64,000 nucleotides of DNA. It comes from Squalus acanthias (taxonomy: Eukaryota). Under the pieces are notes generated by a model that had not been told where the DNA came from, searched no databases, and worked only from the letters and a program-made list of their open reading frames with translations. Below, piece after piece: positions 59,541-64,000 of the stretch. The stretch covers positions 44,888,001-44,952,000 of the forward strand of contig CM059439.1 in the NCBI GenBank assembly GCA_030390025.1, given 5' to 3'. Position numbers and translations under genes: made by a program. How positions within the stretch are numbered: position 1 is the first letter of the stretch; each line of letters begins with the position of its first letter.

Positions 59541-59883
59541 GCTCTACTGATTTAAGTTCAATTTCAGCATGTTCCTCACATTGTTCAGTTTGCAACATTT
59601 TTCAACATTGGAAAAGTTAATAGAAAAGAAGCAAGCAAAATCATTTTGGCAATAAAATTTACAGCGTTGATTAAGAATTAACACAGGGCCCATTCGATGC
59701 CAGCATTTTATTCAGCTATTTCCACGTGTAATTTTTTTTTGATTATTTTAAATTCCTGTTTCCCAATTCTATTGGCTCAACATGGATTTATTTCATCTTC
59801 CAAGTCAAGTCAGACTGGTTCAGCTTTAAAATTTCTGTCCTTTCCATCTTGTAATTTAAAGTGAGCCTTGTCAACAGTAACTA

Positions 59884-62800
59884 TAGAATCATAGAATAGT
59901 ACCTCTCAGAAGGAGGCCATTTGGCCCATCGAGTCTGCGCTGGCTCTTTTCGAAGAGCAATCCAGTTCATCCCACACCCCCGCTCTTTCCCCATATCCCT
60001 GGAATTTTTTCTCCTTCAACTATTTATCCAATTCCCTTTTGAAGGTTACTATTGAATCTGTATCCATCACCCTATCAGGCAGTGCATTCCAAACCCTAAC
60101 CACTCGTTGCGTAAAAAAAGTTTTTCCTCATATCGCCTCCGGTTCTTTTGTCAGTCACCTTACCTCTGTGCCCTCTCTTTATCAACCCTACAGCCATTGT
60201 AAATTGTTTCTCTTTATTTGCTCTATCTAAATCCTTCATAAATTGTCACAAAACGTATTTAAAAGTTCTTTATCTGACTGCACGCAGCATTCGTAACAAA
60301 ATAGACGAGTTGACAGTACAAATAACTACGTATGGGTATGATCTTGTGGCCATTACAGAAACATGGCTGCAGGGTGACAACGACTGGGAATTAAATATGC
60401 CAGGGTATTTAACAATCAGGAAGGACAGGCAGGAAGGAAGAGGAGGTGGGGTGGCTATGTTAATAAAGGAAGGAATCACTGTATTACAGAGAAATGTTAT
60501 TGGGTCAAAGGATCAGGATAATGAAACAGTTTGGGTGGAGATAAGGAATAATAAGGGGAAAAAAACACTAGTGGGAGTAGTATATAGGCCTCCTAATAGT
60601 TGCAACTCTGCTGGAAGAAGTATTAATCAGGAAATAGTTGGGGCATGTAATAAGGGAACAGCTATAATTATGGGGGATTTTAACTATCATATTAACTGGA
60701 CAAATCAAATTGGGCAGGGCAGCCTTGAGGAAGAGTTTATTGAGTGTATTAGGGATGGATTTCTTGAGCAGTATGTAACTGATCCTACAAGGGGGCAAGC
60801 AACCTTGGACCTGGTCCTGTGTAATGAGTCAGGATTAATTAATAATGTCCTAGTTAAGGATCCCCTTGGAATGAGTGACCATAACATGGTTGAATTCCAT
60901 ATCCAATTAGAGGGTGAGAAGGTTGGTTCTCAAACAAGCGTACTGAGCTTGAATAAAGGAGACGATGATGGTATGAGAGCGGAATTGATTAAAGTGGACT
61001 GGGAAAATAGATTAAAGGGTAAGACGGTACATGAGCAGTGGTGTTCATTTAAGGAGTTATTTTACAACTTTCAAAAAAAATATATTCCACTGAGGAAAAA
61101 AGGGTGTAAAAGAAATGACAGCCGTCCGTGGCTAAGTAAAGAAATTAAGGATAGTATCCGACTAAAAACAAGGACATATAAGGTAGCCAAACTTAGTGGG
61201 AGGATAGAAGATTGGGAAGTCTTCAAAAGACAGCAAGAAAGTAACTAAAGGATTGATTAAGAAAGGGAAAATAGATTATGAAAATAAATTAGCAAAAAAT
61301 ATAAAAACAGATAGCAAGAGTTTCTATAGTTATATAAAAAGAAAAAGGGTGGCTAAGGCAAACGTAGGTCCCTTAGAGGATGAGACCGGGAATTTAATGG
61401 TGGGAAACATGGAGATGGCAAAAATGCTGAACAAATATTTTGTTTCAGTCTTTATGGTAGAGGACACTAAGAATATCCCAACACTGGACAAACAGGGGGC
61501 TCTAGGGGGGGAGGAGCTAAATACGATTAAAATCACTAAGGAATTGGTACTCAGTAAAATAATGGGACTCAAGGCGGATAAATCCCCTGGACCTGATGGC
61601 TTACATCCTAGGGTCTTGAGGGAAGTGGCAGTAGGGATTGTGGATGCTTTGGTAATAATTTTCCAAAATTCCCTGGACTCAGCAAAGGTCCCGGAAGATT
61701 GGAAAACTGCTAATGTAACACCCTTATTTAAAAAGGGTAGTAGGCAGAAGGCTGGAAATTATAGACCAGTTAGCCTAACATCTGTGGTGGGTAAAATTTT
61801 GGAGTCTATTATTAAGGAGACAGTAACGAACATTTAGATAAACATAATTTAATAGGACAAAGTCAGCATGGCTTTATGAAGGGGAAGTCATGTCTGACAA
61901 ATTTGCTTGAGTTCTTTGAGGACATAACGTACAGGGTGGATAAAGGGGAACCAGTGGACGTAGTGTATTTAAACTTCCAGAAGGCATTCGACAAGGTGCC
62001 ACATAAAAGATTATTGCTCAAGATAAAAAATCACTGGATTGGGGGGGAATATTCTGGCATGGGTGGAGGATTGGTTATCTAACAGGAAGCAGAGAGTTGG
62101 GATAAATGGTTCATTCTCGGACTGGCAACCAGTAGCCAGTGGTGTTCCGCAAGGGTCGGTGCTGGGTCCCCAACTCTTTACAATCTATATTAACGATTTG
62201 GAGGAGTGGACCGAGTGTAACATATCAAAGTTTGCAGATGATACAAAGATGGGAGGGAAAGTAGAAAGTGAGGAGGACATAAAAAACCTACAAGGGGATA
62301 TAGACAGGCTGGGTGAGTGGGCGGAGATTTGGCAGATGCAATACAATATTAGAAAATGTGAGGTTATGCACTTTGGCAAGAAAAATCAGAGAGCAAGTTA
62401 TTATCTTAATGGCGAGAAACTGGAAAGTACTGCAGTACAAAGGGATCTGGGGGTCCTAGTGCAAGAAAATCAAAAAGTTAGTATGCAGGTGCAGCAGGTG
62501 ATCAAGAAGGCCAACGGAATGTTGGCTTTTATTGCTAGGGGGATAGATTATAAAAACAGGGAGGTATTGCTGCAGTTATATAAGGTATTGGTGAGACCGC
62601 ACCTGGAATACTGCATACAGTTTTGGTGTCCATACTTAAGAAAAGACATACTTGCTCTCGAGGCAGTACAAAGAAGGTTCACTCGGTTAATCCCGGGGAT
62701 GAGGGGGTGGACATATGAGGAGAGGTTGAGTAGATTGGGACTCTACTCATTGGAGTTCAGAAGAGTTAGAGGCGATCTTATTGAAACATATAAGATTGTG

Positions 62801-64000
62801 AAGGGGCTTGATCGGGTGGATGCGGTAAGGATGTTCCCAAGGATGGGTGAAACTAGAACTAGGGGGCATAATCTTAGAATAAGGGGCTGCTCTTTCAAAA
62901 CTGAGATGAGGAGAAACTTCTTCACTCAGAGGGTAGTAGGTCTGTGGAATTTGCTGCCCCAGGAAGCTGTGGAAGCTACATCATTAAATAAATTTAAAAC
63001 AAAAATAGACAGTTTCCTAGAAGTAAAGGGAATTAGGGGTTACGGGGAGCGGGCAGGAAATTGGACATGAGGCTGAGTTTGGATCGGTCGAGGCCCTGTG
63101 GATGGCGTAGCGGGCCCAGGGGCTGAGTGGCCAGGTCCTGCTCCTACTTCTTGTGTTCTTTAGATTTGAGGTTAGGATCAGATCAGCCATGATCTTATTG
63201 AATGGCGGAGCAGGCTCGAAGGGCCGATTGGCCTACTCCTGCTCCTATTTCTTATGTTCTTATGATTTTAAACACCTCTATCAAATCTCCTCTTAGCCTT
63301 CTCTGCTTCATGGAGAACAACCCCATATTCTCTAGTCTATCCACGTAACTGTATTCCCTCACCCCGGAACCATTCTAGTAAATCTCTACTGTAGCCTCTC
63401 CAAAGCCTTCATGTCCTTCCTAAAGTGTGGTGCCCAGAATTGGACACAGTACTCCAGCTGGGGCCGAACTAGTGTTTTATATAGATTTAGCATAACTTCC
63501 TGGCGTTTGTACTCTGTGCCTCTATTTACAAAGCCCAGGATCCCATATGCTTTATTAACTGCTTTGTTAACCTGTCCTGCCACCTTCAAAGATTTGTGCA
63601 CAAGCACCCCCAGGTCTCTCTGTTCTTGCACCCCCTTTAAAATTATACCATTTAGTGTGTATGGTCTCTCCACATTCTTCCTACCAAAATGTATCACCTC
63701 ACACTTCTCTGTGTTGAATTCCATCTGCCATGTGTCCACCCATTCCACCAGCCTGTCTATGTCTTATTGAAGTCTATTACTACCTTCCTCACTGTTTACT
63801 ACACTTCCACGTTTCATGCCATCTGCAAATTTCGAAATTGTGCCCTGTAGTCCAAGTCCAAGTCATTAATGTTTATCAAAAGAACAGTGGTCCTAGTACT
63901 GAAGCTTGGGGAACGCCACTGTATACCACCCTCCTCTCCAAAAAACAGCCATTCACCTCAACTCTCTGTTTTTTATCCCGTAGCCAATTTTGTATCCATG
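59884..64000 (-). mobile_element. Older CR1 LINE (minus strand), split by the younger plus-strand CR1; pieces ~59884-60242 and 63265-64000
   Basis: The tail reads atagaatcatagaat on the plus strand, and ORF 63386..63748 contains LYKTLVRPQLEYCVQFWAP. The sequence joins across the insertion (ctaaatccttcataa|ttttaaacacctctatc). Confidence 0.85.
60243..63264 (+). mobile_element. CR1 LINE with near-complete ORF2 (APE endonuclease plus RT), disrupted by a few frameshifts/stops
   Basis: ORFs contain [47 protein letters not shown] and FADD. The 3' tail is ttcttatgttcttatg. Confidence 0.95.

Overview
Eukaryotic, non-mammalian vertebrate DNA. The repeat complement (CR1 and L2 LINEs, a DeuSINE/SacSINE1-type SINE, Penelope termini) points to a cartilaginous fish; this is inference. 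Two host genes face away from each other. PATJ lies on the minus strand: seven coding exons between 4160 and 24386 give the L27, PDZ1 and PDZ2 domains, one intron has a GC donor, and there is a probable non-coding first exon and CpG-rich promoter near 27.6-27.9 kb. TM2D1 lies on the plus strand: exons 1-3 at 52403-55972, with intron 1 a U12-type AT-AC intron. The ~24.5 kb between them is almost all repeat: a C-rich VNTR, a Tx1 fragment, a 2.5 kb polypyrimidine array, a 4.26 kb full-length PIF/Harbinger transposon (DDE transposase plus a spliced Myb/SANT gene), and a 29-bp satellite split by a LINE and by an LTR element with a tRNA-Arg PBS, which itself holds a Harbinger deletion derivative. 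The most notable non-genic signal is five minimal type I hammerhead-ribozyme motifs in Penelope-type termini. Three of these are 140-182 bp stand-alone insertions with 12-15 bp target-site duplications. All calls were made by reading the sequence; no searches were run.
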